From: an uncultured Verrucomicrobiae bacterium
GTDB lineage: Bacteria; Verrucomicrobiota; Verrucomicrobiia; Limisphaerales; Palsa-1400
Reading direction: 5' to 3'
NCBI GenBank assembly: GCA_963764165.1
Contig: CAVXRD010000002.1
Span: 1,216,001 to 1,280,000 of the forward strand
Length of the DNA stretch: 64,000 nt
Position 1 is the stretch's first letter. Every line of letters starts with the position of its first letter. Positions 48,209-57,384 of this stretch are shown in pieces. The translations under genes were made by a program, and so were the position numbers. Under the pieces are notes generated by a model, which searched no databases, had not been told where the DNA came from, and saw only the letters and a list, made by a program, of their open reading frames with translations.

Positions 48209-48284
48209 AGGGACGCCTCGCCGAGGCGTCCGGTTGCGCGTCAATGGCACCCCACGCCGGACGCCTCGGCGAGGCGTCCCTACC
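48209..48284. repeat. REP doublet family A; the GGT(AG) head of its left arm is displaced to 47024-47028
   Basis: agggacgcctcgccgaggcgtcc...ggacgcctcggcgaggcgtccctacc. Confidence 0.9.
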
Positions 48285-48562
48285 TTGGAATTAAGATGCG
48301 TCTGCCCTGTGTTTCGTTTCCCCTTGCATTTCGCAGGCTTTGCGCTACAGTCATCTTTGCCTGAACGCCGCGTGTGCGGCTGTTCGTTGAGGCTGAGAAA
48401 CGAAAGTTAACCGTGCAACCTAACCTTTAACCTCTGTTGCCACGCAACGCGGTTTGGTAAGGCAATGGAGTCTTCGCCGGCTGTTCGGCCGAGTCTCCCG
48501 CTCGTTTTCATTCAAGTCATCAAATGCGTTAATGTCCGTTAGTCCGTTTTTATAAAAGTATT

Positions 48563-50233
48563 ATGCTCACGATGGAAGAAGCCCTGAAGCAAAGCCCTGC
48601 CTCCTTTGCCACAGGTCAGATTGTCAAAGGCACTATCATTGAAGTCCGTCCCAAAGAAGTCCTCGTCGATATCGGTTACAAGAGCGAGGGCGTCATCCCC
48701 GGCAACGAGTTCGACGACATCAAAACCGTCAAAATCGGCGATGAAATCGATGTCCTCATCGAGAAACTCGAAGACAAAGAAGGCATGGTCATCCTCTCCA
48801 AGGAAAAGGCCGAATTTAAGAAAAACTGGGACAAAATCCTCACCATTTGCAACGAAGGCGGCACCATCATCGGCCGCGTCAAGGCTGCGGTCAAAGGCGG
48901 GTTGCTGGTCAACATCGGCGTGGAGGCGTTCCTGCCGGCCTCGCAGATTGACATCATTCCGCCGAAGAATCTGGCCCAATTCATCGGCAATACCTACGAT
49001 TTCAAAGTCGTCAAGATCAACCAGGAGCGCCAGAACATCGTTCTGTCCCGCCGCGAATTGATCGAGCAGCAGCGCAACGACAAGCGCGTCAAGCTCCTGA
49101 CGGAAATGACTCCGGGCGACATCCGCAAGGGCACCGTCAAGAACATTACCGATTTCGGCGCGTTCATCGATTTGAACGGCATCGACGGCTTGCTCCACAT
49201 CACCGATATGAGCTGGGGCCGCGTCGGGCATCCCTCGGAAATCCTCAAGGTTGGCCAGGACATCGACGTCGTTGTCCTCGACATCAACAAGGAAAAGGAA
49301 CGCGTCAGCCTCGGCCTCAAGCAAAAGTTGAGCAATCCGTGGGAAAACATCGACGCGAAATACCAGGTCGGCAACAAGGTCAAAGGCAAGGTTGTCAACC
49401 TCGTTCCTTACGGCGCGTTTGTGGAATTGGAACCGGGCGTCGAAGGTTTGGTGCACGTCACCGAATTGTCCTGGACCAAGCGCATCGCAAAGCCTTCGGA
49501 TGTGTTGAAGCCCGACCAGGAAATTGAAGCGGTGGTGCTGGGCATCAATCGCGACGAGCAGAAAATCTCTCTCGGCGTCCGCCAGCTCGAAGCCAATCCT
49601 TGGGATCGCGCCATCGAGAAATATCCGGCCGGCACCAAGGTCAAAGGCAAGATTCGCAATCTGACCAGCTACGGCGCCTTCATCGAATTGGAAGAAGGCC
49701 TCGACGGCATGATCCACGTCTCGGACATTTCCTGGACGCGCAAGATCAATCATCCTTCCGAGGTATTCAAGAAGGGCGACGACGTCGAAGCAGTGGTGCT
49801 CGAAGTCGACAAGACCAATCAGCGCATCTCGGTTGGTGTCAAGCAATTGACCATCGATCCGTGGAGCAACATCGATCAATTCTACAAGGTTGGCGACCTC
49901 GTCACCGGCAGCGTCACGAAGCTCGCGAGCTTCGGCGCGTTCGTCGGATTGCAGCACGACATCGACGGCCTGGTGCATATCTCGCAAGTCAGCGAAGAGC
50001 GCACCGACAAGATCAAGAACGTGCTCAAGGTCGGCCAGGAAGTGACCGCGCGCGTGATCAAGATCGACAAGGGCGAGCGCCGCATCGGCCTGTCCATCAA
50101 GGCCGCCGCCTACTCGCCGGAGCAGCTCAAGGCCGAGCAAGCCATCCTCGATTCGCTCAAGCCGGGCGAAGACCTGGTGGCGCTGCAGCACGCCTTCGAC
50201 GCCGCGGACGAAACCGCCCGCAAAGACAGCTAA
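48563..50233 (+). CDS. rpsA: 30S ribosomal protein S1
   Basis: Six S1 repeats (DIGYKSEG, FLPASQID, DGLLHITDMSW). Confidence 0.97.
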   Translation: MLTMEEALKQSPASFATGQIVKGTIIEVRPKEVLVDIGYKSEGVIPGNEFDDIKTVKIGDEIDVLIEKLEDKEGMVILSKEKAEFKKNWDKILTICNEGGTIIGRVKAAVKGGLLVNIGVEAFLPASQIDIIPPKNLAQFIGNTYDFKVVKINQERQNIVLSRRELIEQQRNDKRVKLLTEMTPGDIRKGTVKNITDFGAFIDLNGIDGLLHITDMSWGRVGHPSEILKVGQDIDVVVLDINKEKERVSLGLKQKLSNPWENIDAKYQVGNKVKGKVVNLVPYGAFVELEPGVEGLVHVTELSWTKRIAKPSDVLKPDQEIEAVVLGINRDEQKISLGVRQLEANPWDRAIEKYPAGTKVKGKIRNLTSYGAFIELEEGLDGMIHVSDISWTRKINHPSEVFKKGDDVEAVVLEVDKTNQRISVGVKQLTIDPWSNIDQFYKVGDLVTGSVTKLASFGAFVGLQHDIDGLVHISQVSEERTDKIKNVLKVGQEVTARVIKIDKGERRIGLSIKAAAYSPEQLKAEQAILDSLKPGEDLVALQHAFDAADETARKDS

Positions 50234-50299
50234 TTCATTATTGACAGGTTTGGCGCCGGCTTGCGCGTGTTCTTGCGCGCGAGCCGGCGTTTCTGGTTA

Positions 50300-51475
50300 A
50301 TGAAAACATTGCACCAATACCTGGCCCGCCAAATGTTGGCGACGCTGGGCATGACGGTGTTTGTGTTCACGCTTCTCCTGATTCTGGGGAACGTCATCAA
50401 AGAAATCCTGCAATTGCTCATTGATCACCGGGTCACGCCTTGGCTTGCATTCAAGCTCATCGGTCTTCTCATTCCCTGGGTTCTCGCTTTTTCGCTTCCG
50501 ATTGGAATGCTTACCGCGGCGCTGCTGGTGTTCGGAAGATTCAGCGCGGACCAGGAATTGACGGCTTCGAAAGCCAGCGGCATCAGCCTTGTCAGCCTGA
50601 TTACGCCTGTTCTTTTGTTGAGCGTGGCGGTGAGTGGACTTTGCGCGTGGTTGAACATGGACCTCGCGCCCGCCTGCCGGACGGCCTACAAGGAGCTTCT
50701 TTTTTCCGCCCAGACGAACCGGCCCGGGAATGTCCTGCGCAGCGGCGAAACGGTGCCGCTCGGCGACTACATGGTCTTCGTCAAAAAAGTGCTGCCCGAT
50801 GGCACGAATCTCGACACAATCCGGGCCACCCAATGGGGCAAGGACGGGGAATTAAAGCGCTGGGCCGCCGGCCCGACAGGGACGCTCGAACGCGATCCGG
50901 CCAATCACCAAATCACACTGACGATCAATAACTCAACCGCCTGGCGAAACACCACCGATGGCTTCGTGCCCGAGGCTGGCGGCGAACTGCCGCTTCCCAT
51001 TAGCATTGACGACCAGGCCAAGACCTTGCTGACCATTCCCGACAGCGATAAGACGTTCCTTCAATTGCTGGAGAAGAAGCGCCAATTTGAAAGTCCGCTG
51101 GCGAAACCGATTCCGCACGGAAAGAACGCCGAGGAAAACGCCAAGGGCCGCCGCGATTGGCAGCGCGAGATGCAGGAGGATATTTCGCCGGTGATGGTTT
51201 ACATGCACCGGGAAGTGGCCTTCTCGTTCGCCTGCATCGGTTTCACATTGATCGGCATCCCGCTTGGCATCCGATCGCACCGGCGGGAAACCAGCATCGG
51301 AGTCGCCATGGCCATGGTGTTGATGCTCGTCTATTATAGTTTCATCGTCTTAGGCCAAGCCTGGCAAAACCATCCCGAGCGCGGCCCATGCATCGTGGTG
51401 TGGCTGCCCAATATCATTTTCCAGAGCGTCGGCGCTGTGCTGCTCTGGCGGGCCAACCGAGGGGCGGGGCGGTAG
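50300..51475 (+). CDS. LptF/LptG-family LPS export permease
   Basis: MKTLHQYL, GRFSADQELTA.KASGIS, GIPLGI and WLPN motifs. Confidence 0.9.
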   Translation: MKTLHQYLARQMLATLGMTVFVFTLLLILGNVIKEILQLLIDHRVTPWLAFKLIGLLIPWVLAFSLPIGMLTAALLVFGRFSADQELTASKASGISLVSLITPVLLLSVAVSGLCAWLNMDLAPACRTAYKELLFSAQTNRPGNVLRSGETVPLGDYMVFVKKVLPDGTNLDTIRATQWGKDGELKRWAAGPTGTLERDPANHQITLTINNSTAWRNTTDGFVPEAGGELPLPISIDDQAKTLLTIPDSDKTFLQLLEKKRQFESPLAKPIPHGKNAEENAKGRRDWQREMQEDISPVMVYMHREVAFSFACIGFTLIGIPLGIRSHRRETSIGVAMAMVLMLVYYSFIVLGQAWQNHPERGPCIVVWLPNIIFQSVGAVLLWRANRGAGR

Positions 51476-51527
51476 CGGGACGAATTGAATTGCGAATCAA
51501 CGGCACCGCCGAATAATATCCTAAATT

Positions 51528-52802
51528 ATGTTGCGGGGCCTAATTTCTGACGATTTCCTTCCATTTGGGAAGTTGGACTTCGAAATTCCGCCGGTTGAGA
51601 ACAAGCCTGCCGATTTGGCTGAAGTCCATTTGATTACCGGCGTAAATGGCACAGGCAAGAGCAGACTTCTGTCCGTACTGGCTGCGGGCTTGGGAAATGT
51701 TACGCCTCTGCTTGACAGGACGAAAGGGGTGAACAATCGCTTGTTCGCGGTCACGGATAAATCTCCGTTTCCAGACCGCCCTGAATTACGTGGAAGTTTC
51801 CATTCATCGGGATGGGCGCGCTTTGGAGTAGACCCAAATCACAATGGTGTACAGTGGCACGACGGCAGGCCGGTTGCCGAGTGGTTTGGTTCAGTTCCAG
51901 CATTTGCTTACCGATGTACCGCTTATGTGGCCGATGCAGAAGTCAAGACCTTGGCTGATGTTCCGCGACCGCAGCGCTCACTCTGTCTTTCTTTTGATCG
52001 CGCCAATGAAGGCTCTTCTCGTCTCCTGCAGGCGATTATGAATTTGAAAGTCCAAGCCGCCGTCGACTCCATGGGGCCCAGCGGTGCGGGGGGCATTACG
52101 CGCTCCGTGAAACTGATCAGCACGCTAGAAGCTTCGGTAAGCAAAATCACCAAAACAAACTTCGTATTCGCGCCGGAAACGAAACCGAATGTCTCGCTCC
52201 GCGTCATCTGGGGCAACCGAAAATTGTCATTTTCCGTTCTGCCAGATGGCTTGCGGTCAATCATCGGATGGTTAGCTCACGCGCTTGTGATGATGGATTT
52301 ATACGTGCCGTCGGACCAGGACCCGACTGATTGTGAGGCTGTATTTTTGCTGGATGAAATCGAAGGTCATTTGCATCCAGCTTGGCAAAGACGGGTCTTG
52401 CCCGCTTTCCAGCACCTTTTCCCAAAGGCGCAAATGTTCGTGGCAACACATTCTCCTTTCGTGATTTCCTCGTTGACGCATGGATGGATTCATTGCCTGA
52501 CTGTCCAGCCGGACGCCACAGTTAAAATCGAGAAACCGAAGCCCGCGAGCGAAGGCTCAAGCTACATCGATGCCGTGGAAGAAATTATGGGGGTGAAGGA
52601 ATGGTACGATGACGACAGCGAAAAGCTTCTGGCGGACTTCCGAGCCAAGCGAGATGCGGCTTATCAGGGAAATATTGAGGCCGAGAAGCAGGCCCGTGCG
52701 ATCGCGGCGCAAATTAGCGAACGCAGCATGGAGTTGTCTTTCATAATGGGGCGTGAGTTAAAGCAGATGGATCGTCAGTTGGAAAAGCCTGCCGCAAAAT
52801 GA
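51528..52802 (+). CDS. ABC-type/AAA ATPase, Septu PtuA-like
   Basis: GVNGTGKS Walker A, LPDG signature, LLDEIEGHLHPAWQ Walker B, ATHSP. Confidence 0.82.
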   Translation: MLRGLISDDFLPFGKLDFEIPPVENKPADLAEVHLITGVNGTGKSRLLSVLAAGLGNVTPLLDRTKGVNNRLFAVTDKSPFPDRPELRGSFHSSGWARFGVDPNHNGVQWHDGRPVAEWFGSVPAFAYRCTAYVADAEVKTLADVPRPQRSLCLSFDRANEGSSRLLQAIMNLKVQAAVDSMGPSGAGGITRSVKLISTLEASVSKITKTNFVFAPETKPNVSLRVIWGNRKLSFSVLPDGLRSIIGWLAHALVMMDLYVPSDQDPTDCEAVFLLDEIEGHLHPAWQRRVLPAFQHLFPKAQMFVATHSPFVISSLTHGWIHCLTVQPDATVKIEKPKPASEGSSYIDAVEEIMGVKEWYDDDSEKLLADFRAKRDAAYQGNIEAEKQARAIAAQISERSMELSFIMGRELKQMDRQLEKPAAK

Positions 52803-53422
52803 GGAAATTCGTCCGAGGGGAAGTCCCGGAATGCCTCGTCAGTCAATGGGAGGAGTGGGGCTTGGCTTGGGAGAGACGGCGCATCGATAATTCCGGCGCG
52901 CCATTTTACTGGCCCACAGTTGGAGGCAGCCTGTTGAATCAATTGTTGTTGCCTCTGCTTAAGGCGCAAACACAAGACCATTGCTCGTTCTGCGACAACT
53001 TTCCGGTAAGTCCGCCTTCGATTGATACGATCGAGCATTTCCGACCCAAGTCACGCTTTCCAAGACACGCATTTGCGTGGGGCAATTTGTATTACTGCTG
53101 CATGTTTTGCCAGCAGAAGTCGGACGATTTTCACGAAGCTCTCCTCCAGCCTGATGCTCCCGAATATGACTTTTACAAATATTTCCGCTGGGACTTTACG
53201 CTAGGCACTTTAGAGGTCAACCAGCTTGCCACTCCCGAGAATCAAGAACGGGCTAGACAAACAATACTGATTTACGGGCTGAATACCCGACATCCATTCT
53301 TGCGAAGATTAGCGGCGAAGCGGCGGATGCAAGGCCCTAATGATCCAATCGACGAATTTGCTTATCGAGACTTTGTGGAGGGGCCAGCGGGCGGCGGTCT
53401 TGAGCATGAAAATCAAACGTGA
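52799..53422 (+). CDS. HNH endonuclease, Septu PtuB-like
   Basis: CSFCD...IEHFRPKS...WGNLYYCCMFCQ; ATGA overlap with the ATPase. Confidence 0.82.
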   Translation: MRKFVRGEVPECLVSQWEEWGLAWERRRIDNSGAPFYWPTVGGSLLNQLLLPLLKAQTQDHCSFCDNFPVSPPSIDTIEHFRPKSRFPRHAFAWGNLYYCCMFCQQKSDDFHEALLQPDAPEYDFYKYFRWDFTLGTLEVNQLATPENQERARQTILIYGLNTRHPFLRRLAAKRRMQGPNDPIDEFAYRDFVEGPAGGGLEHENQT

Positions 53423-53449
53423 GTCGTAACCTGCCGCGGCCTGCGTGTG

Positions 53450-54631
53450 CTATCCTGAGACTTTCCACTCATCGCCAACTCGCACAATTACAAGTTTGCC
53501 CGGAGGCAGCGGTTTCTTGTCCGGCCCTGTTTCAGGTTGGATCGTCAGGATGACGCGGCCTTCAGTGACGGTCTTTCTGTCAACAATTTTATAGCCCGTC
53601 AGCCCGTCAACCACCCGCCGGTTCGCCGCGACGACGTCGCTCTCCGATTTGCCTTGAGCTTCTGTCGCAAGCCCTCCACCGGGGGCCAACGTGGCCAAAT
53701 ATGTTTTGGCGTCACCCTGGCTCATTGCCCAAAACGAGGACTCAAAAGCTGATTCAGGATCGGCATGCCCGGCAAAATGCCATGACTCTTTGAGAACCTC
53801 GACCGGCGTGAAAGCGGGCGGCTGTGTCGTCGGTGATGATGGTTCTTTGTGAAGATTAATGATCGAAGTTGTTCCCGCCGCCAGAAGTATGACGACGCCT
53901 GCGACGGCGGCTGTTTTCATTTTTGTCCATGCCATAAGTTTTAATGCTCCTTTCACGTTGATTAAGATTGAACTGCCCGCCCCCGCTCCTCTTGCAATGG
54001 CCCCGGCGGCCACCGCCTTTACCAGCGCGGCTTGCGCGGTTTGAATGGAATTGGCGGAAATCGCCCCGGCAAGGGCTGTCGTGGTGGAATGGATGCCGCG
54101 GCTGGCGAAAAACCTCCGCAGCTTCTCCAATGCGCGGCTGACCCTTTTCTCCGCCGCGTCCTCGCTTGCGCCCAAAACCGTGCCGACTTCGCGCAAATTT
54201 CTTCCCTCGTAAAATCGAAGCAGGATGGCTTGGCGATCTTTCTCGCGGAGTTTTCCCACGGCGGTTTCCAGCAGCGGAGCGATCCTTGCCCAAAGCGCGC
54301 TCTCCGTTTCGTTCGAATTAGGTTGCACCTGCGATTCCTCCTCCCTGCGATGACGCCGGCATTCGCTCCTGATGAAATTATTCGCCGTCATCCGCGTTGC
54401 TTCGAACAGCCATCCGGAAAGCGTTTTGGCCAGGCGCAATTGCGCGGCTTTCTGGGCGAGAATGATAAAAACCGCCTGAGTGATGTCCTCGGCCTGATGC
54501 GGATTTCCTACCCGCCGCATCGCGACGGAATAAACCAGATTGGCGTGCCGCGTTACGAGCGTTGCGAATGCTTCGTGGGAACCATTGTCCGCATATTCCC
54601 GCAACAGTGCATTGTCATCCATTGCCTGCAT
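53450..54631 (-). CDS. ECF sigma-70 factor with a TM segment and C-terminal extension
   Basis: DNALLREY...AFATLV.RH, AEDITQAVF, LLRFYEG...VSRALEKLR. Confidence 0.9.
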   Translation of the reverse strand: MQAMDDNALLREYADNGSHEAFATLVTRHANLVYSVAMRRVGNPHQAEDITQAVFIILAQKAAQLRLAKTLSGWLFEATRMTANNFIRSECRRHRREEESQVQPNSNETESALWARIAPLLETAVGKLREKDRQAILLRFYEGRNLREVGTVLGASEDAAEKRVSRALEKLRRFFASRGIHSTTTALAGAISANSIQTAQAALVKAVAAGAIARGAGAGSSILINVKGALKLMAWTKMKTAAVAGVVILLAAGTTSIINLHKEPSSPTTQPPAFTPVEVLKESWHFAGHADPESAFESSFWAMSQGDAKTYLATLAPGGGLATEAQGKSESDVVAANRRVVDGLTGYKIVDRKTVTEGRVILTIQPETGPDKKPLPPGKLVIVRVGDEWKVSG

Positions 54632-54684
54632 TTAACTATAAGTGTGCGCCGGTTGGCCAATACCGACAAATTTTTGTCGAAGCT

Positions 54685-54900
54685 CCCTTGGGAATCCGAT
54701 CGCACCGACGCGAGACGAGCATTGGAGTAGCCACGGACATGGTGTTGATGCTGGTCTATTACAGTTTCATCGTCCTAGGCCAAGCCTGGCAAAACCTTCC
54801 CGAGCGCGGCCCGTGCATCGTCGTATGGCTTCCCTATATCATTTTCCAAAGCGTCGGCGCCCTATTGCTCTGGCGCGCCAATCGTGGGGTCGGGCGTTGA
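54685..54900 (+). pseudogene. Diverged duplicate of the last 216 nt of lptF/G (51260-51475)
   Basis: PLGIRSHRRETSIGVA...WRANRG.GR* aligns gap-free; no start or upstream homology. Confidence 0.9.
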
Positions 54901-54923
54901 TGGATCGGGATTGCTCTACACAG

Positions 54924-55844
54924 TCAGCTTTCTTGAAAACGGGCGCGTAATTCCCCGGTCTGTTGCGCAAATTTATTGGGATTCGATTTCTTTAGCCGGG
55001 CCAGATTTTGCGTCTTCCATTGAATCGCCGGCAATTGTGATAGATGACGGCATCTCATCAATCGCCAATCGGGTTCACCGGAGACCAAGCCCAGCAAGAA
55101 TTTTCGGTGATTGGCAGTCAAACGGATGGGCAATTCTCGTTTTAGAATTTTCCGTGTTTTTTCCAAATCGGCTAGCAAAACCGGCAGGCGCGCCATTCCT
55201 TGAAACTCATTTTCAAAGGGAACCGATAGATCAACGTCGTTGGAGAACAAAACCTCATGAACCGGGCGATTGTGTCCCGCCAGGTAACAAACGAAACATT
55301 CAACTATGTCCGGCGTCAGGCCTTCTCCTTCGAAAAGCCAATGAACGTCAAAAATGTCTCGCGGATGCTGGCGATCCATCGCGGCGACAAGTTTGCTGCC
55401 GTAAAGTTCCGCAGTCGAAAGTGTGGGGACTGATAGATCTGTCGTAAAGAGCGACCGCGGTTCGGAACTCAATTGGCGGAACTGTATAGCCTCAACGACG
55501 CCGCGAAAAACATGATTCACTTCAACCTTCACCAAGCTGCGTCCGCGCTCGATGAATAGTTTAAATTCCCCACCGCCAGCCACGCCTGGCAGAACTGCTT
55601 GGACCTTAATGCGGTTGAGAGACCGTTTCGCATTTGCAAGCGCATCGGCGATGAACTTCTTGGCTTCCGCCCGGGATGTTTGATGCTCTGTGTAAACCAC
55701 GTCAATATCGATGGACAGCCTGGGCATGTTTTGGACGAAGAGGTTGAGGGCTGTTCCTCCCTTCATCGCAAACTGCGGGGTTTCAAAAATAGCCGGAGCG
55801 GATTCGAGCAGCAGGCGAACTGTCTCAATGTAAGATTTGTCCAT
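54924..55844 (-). CDS. AbiEii-family nucleotidyltransferase toxin (type IV TA)
   Basis: KGGTALN...RLSIDID and KLVAAMDRQHPRDIFD motifs. Confidence 0.9.
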   Translation of the reverse strand: MDKSYIETVRLLLESAPAIFETPQFAMKGGTALNLFVQNMPRLSIDIDVVYTEHQTSRAEAKKFIADALANAKRSLNRIKVQAVLPGVAGGGEFKLFIERGRSLVKVEVNHVFRGVVEAIQFRQLSSEPRSLFTTDLSVPTLSTAELYGSKLVAAMDRQHPRDIFDVHWLFEGEGLTPDIVECFVCYLAGHNRPVHEVLFSNDVDLSVPFENEFQGMARLPVLLADLEKTRKILKRELPIRLTANHRKFLLGLVSGEPDWRLMRCRHLSQLPAIQWKTQNLARLKKSNPNKFAQQTGELRARFQES

Positions 55845-56587
55845 CACGGTTTTAGGATGAGCATCTGTCCGTCCTTCATGCTTTTGATCCACCGGCCTCT
55901 GCCGATTCTGCCGCCCGCCGCCTTTCTCGCGGCTGCGGCCCAGGGCAAGCTCAATTCCTCAGCCCATCGAACGCAGAGGCGCGTCGCTTTCACCCGCTCG
56001 CAGTGTTTAAGCAGTGTTGCGAGCACATCGGGACGCAACGTCCTCGCCCCTTCCATGATGTTGCGGCTCTCTTCAACGCCTCCGCGGATTCCCACTTCGC
56101 TCAACATTTCAAGCAAAGCGCGCTCCGGGGTTGAGACGAGAACCCCATCTGGCGTTTCTGGCAATGCCTGCAATGCGAACCCTTTGGGCAGACGCGAAGA
56201 AAACGGATTTCTCCGAGTGTAAAACGCCCTAAATCGCTCATGGAACCAGCGGGGCAAATCTGCCTTGTCCTGTCCCCATAATGAAAGAGGAGCATTGGCC
56301 GGAAGATTGTGCCGGATTCCCCGCCACGCCAAAGCAGTTTTTCCTCCGACATGAAAGCCCCTGTCCTGGCGGGCAAGAAACTTCAAGCAATCCTCTTGGC
56401 GCAACGTATCCCCCGGAAACATGAAAACACCGCGCCCGAGCCGCGACAGCCATCCGGATTTGACGTAGTGGTGAGCCAACGCCGATGACACGCCTATCTT
56501 TTGCAAGTCACCACTATCGAATGGCGAGCCTCGCGGCAGCACCTGCTGCAGATTCCTGATTAGATTTGGCCGAATAGTTAAAGCCAC
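55844..56587 (-). CDS. AbiEi-family antitoxin
   Basis: YVKSGWL.RLGRG, HVGGKTAL, STPERALLE and C.RVKA.RL motifs; probable GTG start; stop overlaps the toxin start. Confidence 0.88.
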   Translation of the reverse strand: MALTIRPNLIRNLQQVLPRGSPFDSGDLQKIGVSSALAHHYVKSGWLSRLGRGVFMFPGDTLRQEDCLKFLARQDRGFHVGGKTALAWRGIRHNLPANAPLSLWGQDKADLPRWFHERFRAFYTRRNPFSSRLPKGFALQALPETPDGVLVSTPERALLEMLSEVGIRGGVEESRNIMEGARTLRPDVLATLLKHCERVKATRLCVRWAEELSLPWAAAARKAAGGRIGRGRWIKSMKDGQMLILKP

Positions 56588-56742
56588 GTTTGAACTACTA
56601 TATATTAATGAAACATTGGAGCAAGCCACGAAATGCCTTTGGCCTGGTTCGGTCATTTGATATCAACTTTCGCAGCGGCGGCTGGATCGGTGTTTTTGAG
56701 AAACTGCCCGGCTGCGTTGCGGACGGGCTAAGATAGCGGTTT

Positions 56743-57075
56743 CTAAGCTAAGCGCAGATCCGCCCGTTTGCCGCGAGGTCGCAAAAAAATCAAGAGAAGG
56801 CCGATGGTGACGATCAACCAAATCGCAAAGAAGGCAACTTCGTATGCTATTCTTACCGCTTCAAGCCTTTCCCAAGTCTAACCCGCAGCGATGGTGTCCC
56901 CGGCCGCTTTGTGCGTATACATATCGACAAAGAAAAAGCCGAAACCAAAGTCCGTGCAGTGAAACGCTCGATTCTCAATCTGGGCATTCCAAGGAATCAC
57001 AGTGACGACGGACGAAAACAACAAGCCGGCAAAGGCTGAAATGCAGAAAAGGAAGATTTTCGGCAGTATCTTCAA
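56743..57075 (-). pseudogene. Small two-TM protein with an internal amber stop (56878-56880)
   Basis: ...GDTIAAG*TWERLEAVRIAYEVAFFAIWLIVTIGLLLIFL... continues in frame with a second TM helix. Confidence 0.55.
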
Positions 57076-57090
57076 GGCGTTTCGATCGGT

Positions 57091-57384
57091 CTAGATATTC
57101 TTGCGCACCATGCCAGTCACGAGCCGAAACACGGCTCGAAAAGCCAGCGCGGTGGCGTAGAGCCAATATAGTGCTGCACCGGCAGTGGCGGCAAACCACA
57201 CCGTATCGCAACTGATCTCAAATGGAGTGTCAGGTTGGGATGGCGGCAAATCGCTATCGCCGAAATTAAAGACGCCATACTCAAGCGACAAAATGACAAA
57301 GCTGCAAAACGTCAGGCCGATGGCAATGAGAAAAATTCTTGCGAATCCTGCGTCGTTCGGCGGCTTGCTGGAGGCGAATGTCAT
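57091..57384 (-). CDS. Small hypothetical membrane protein
   Basis: Two hydrophobic helices; the 5' part of the track ORF overlaps the opposite-strand gene. Confidence 0.5.
   Translation of the reverse strand: MTFASSKPPNDAGFARIFLIAIGLTFCSFVILSLEYGVFNFGDSDLPPSQPDTPFEISCDTVWFAATAGAALYWLYATALAFRAVFRLVTGMVRKNI

Larger units (their letters stand above)
47027..48210 (-). mobile_element. IS110-family (IS621-like) element inserted in REP family A
   Basis: No TIRs; flanked by AG (CT on the element strand) at 47027-47028 and 48209-48210. Excision restores aggt-AG-ggacgcctcgccgaggcgtcc. Confidence 0.93.

Noticed and set aside
4791..48284. REP doublets or 10-nt tandems as CRISPR arrays
   Set aside because: Repeats are inverted pairs or spacer-less tandems; no cas genes.
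48539..50191. Long antisense ORFs (also 598-1575, 14296-15651, 20949-22292, 33216-34559)
   Set aside because: Shadow frames opposite well-supported genes, as expected in GC-rich DNA.
51476..53450. Retron associated with the ATPase-HNH pair
   Set aside because: No RT ORF, and only about 50 nt of upstream space for msr-msd.
51260..54900. 216-nt repeat pair as a diversity-generating retroelement TR/VR
   Set aside because: Mismatches are mostly synonymous and include many G/C and C/T changes rather than being adenine-specific; no reverse transcriptase in the window.
56878..56880. Pyrrolysine or recoded TAG
   Set aside because: TAG is used as a normal stop by other genes here (tuf, lptF); no pyl genes seen.
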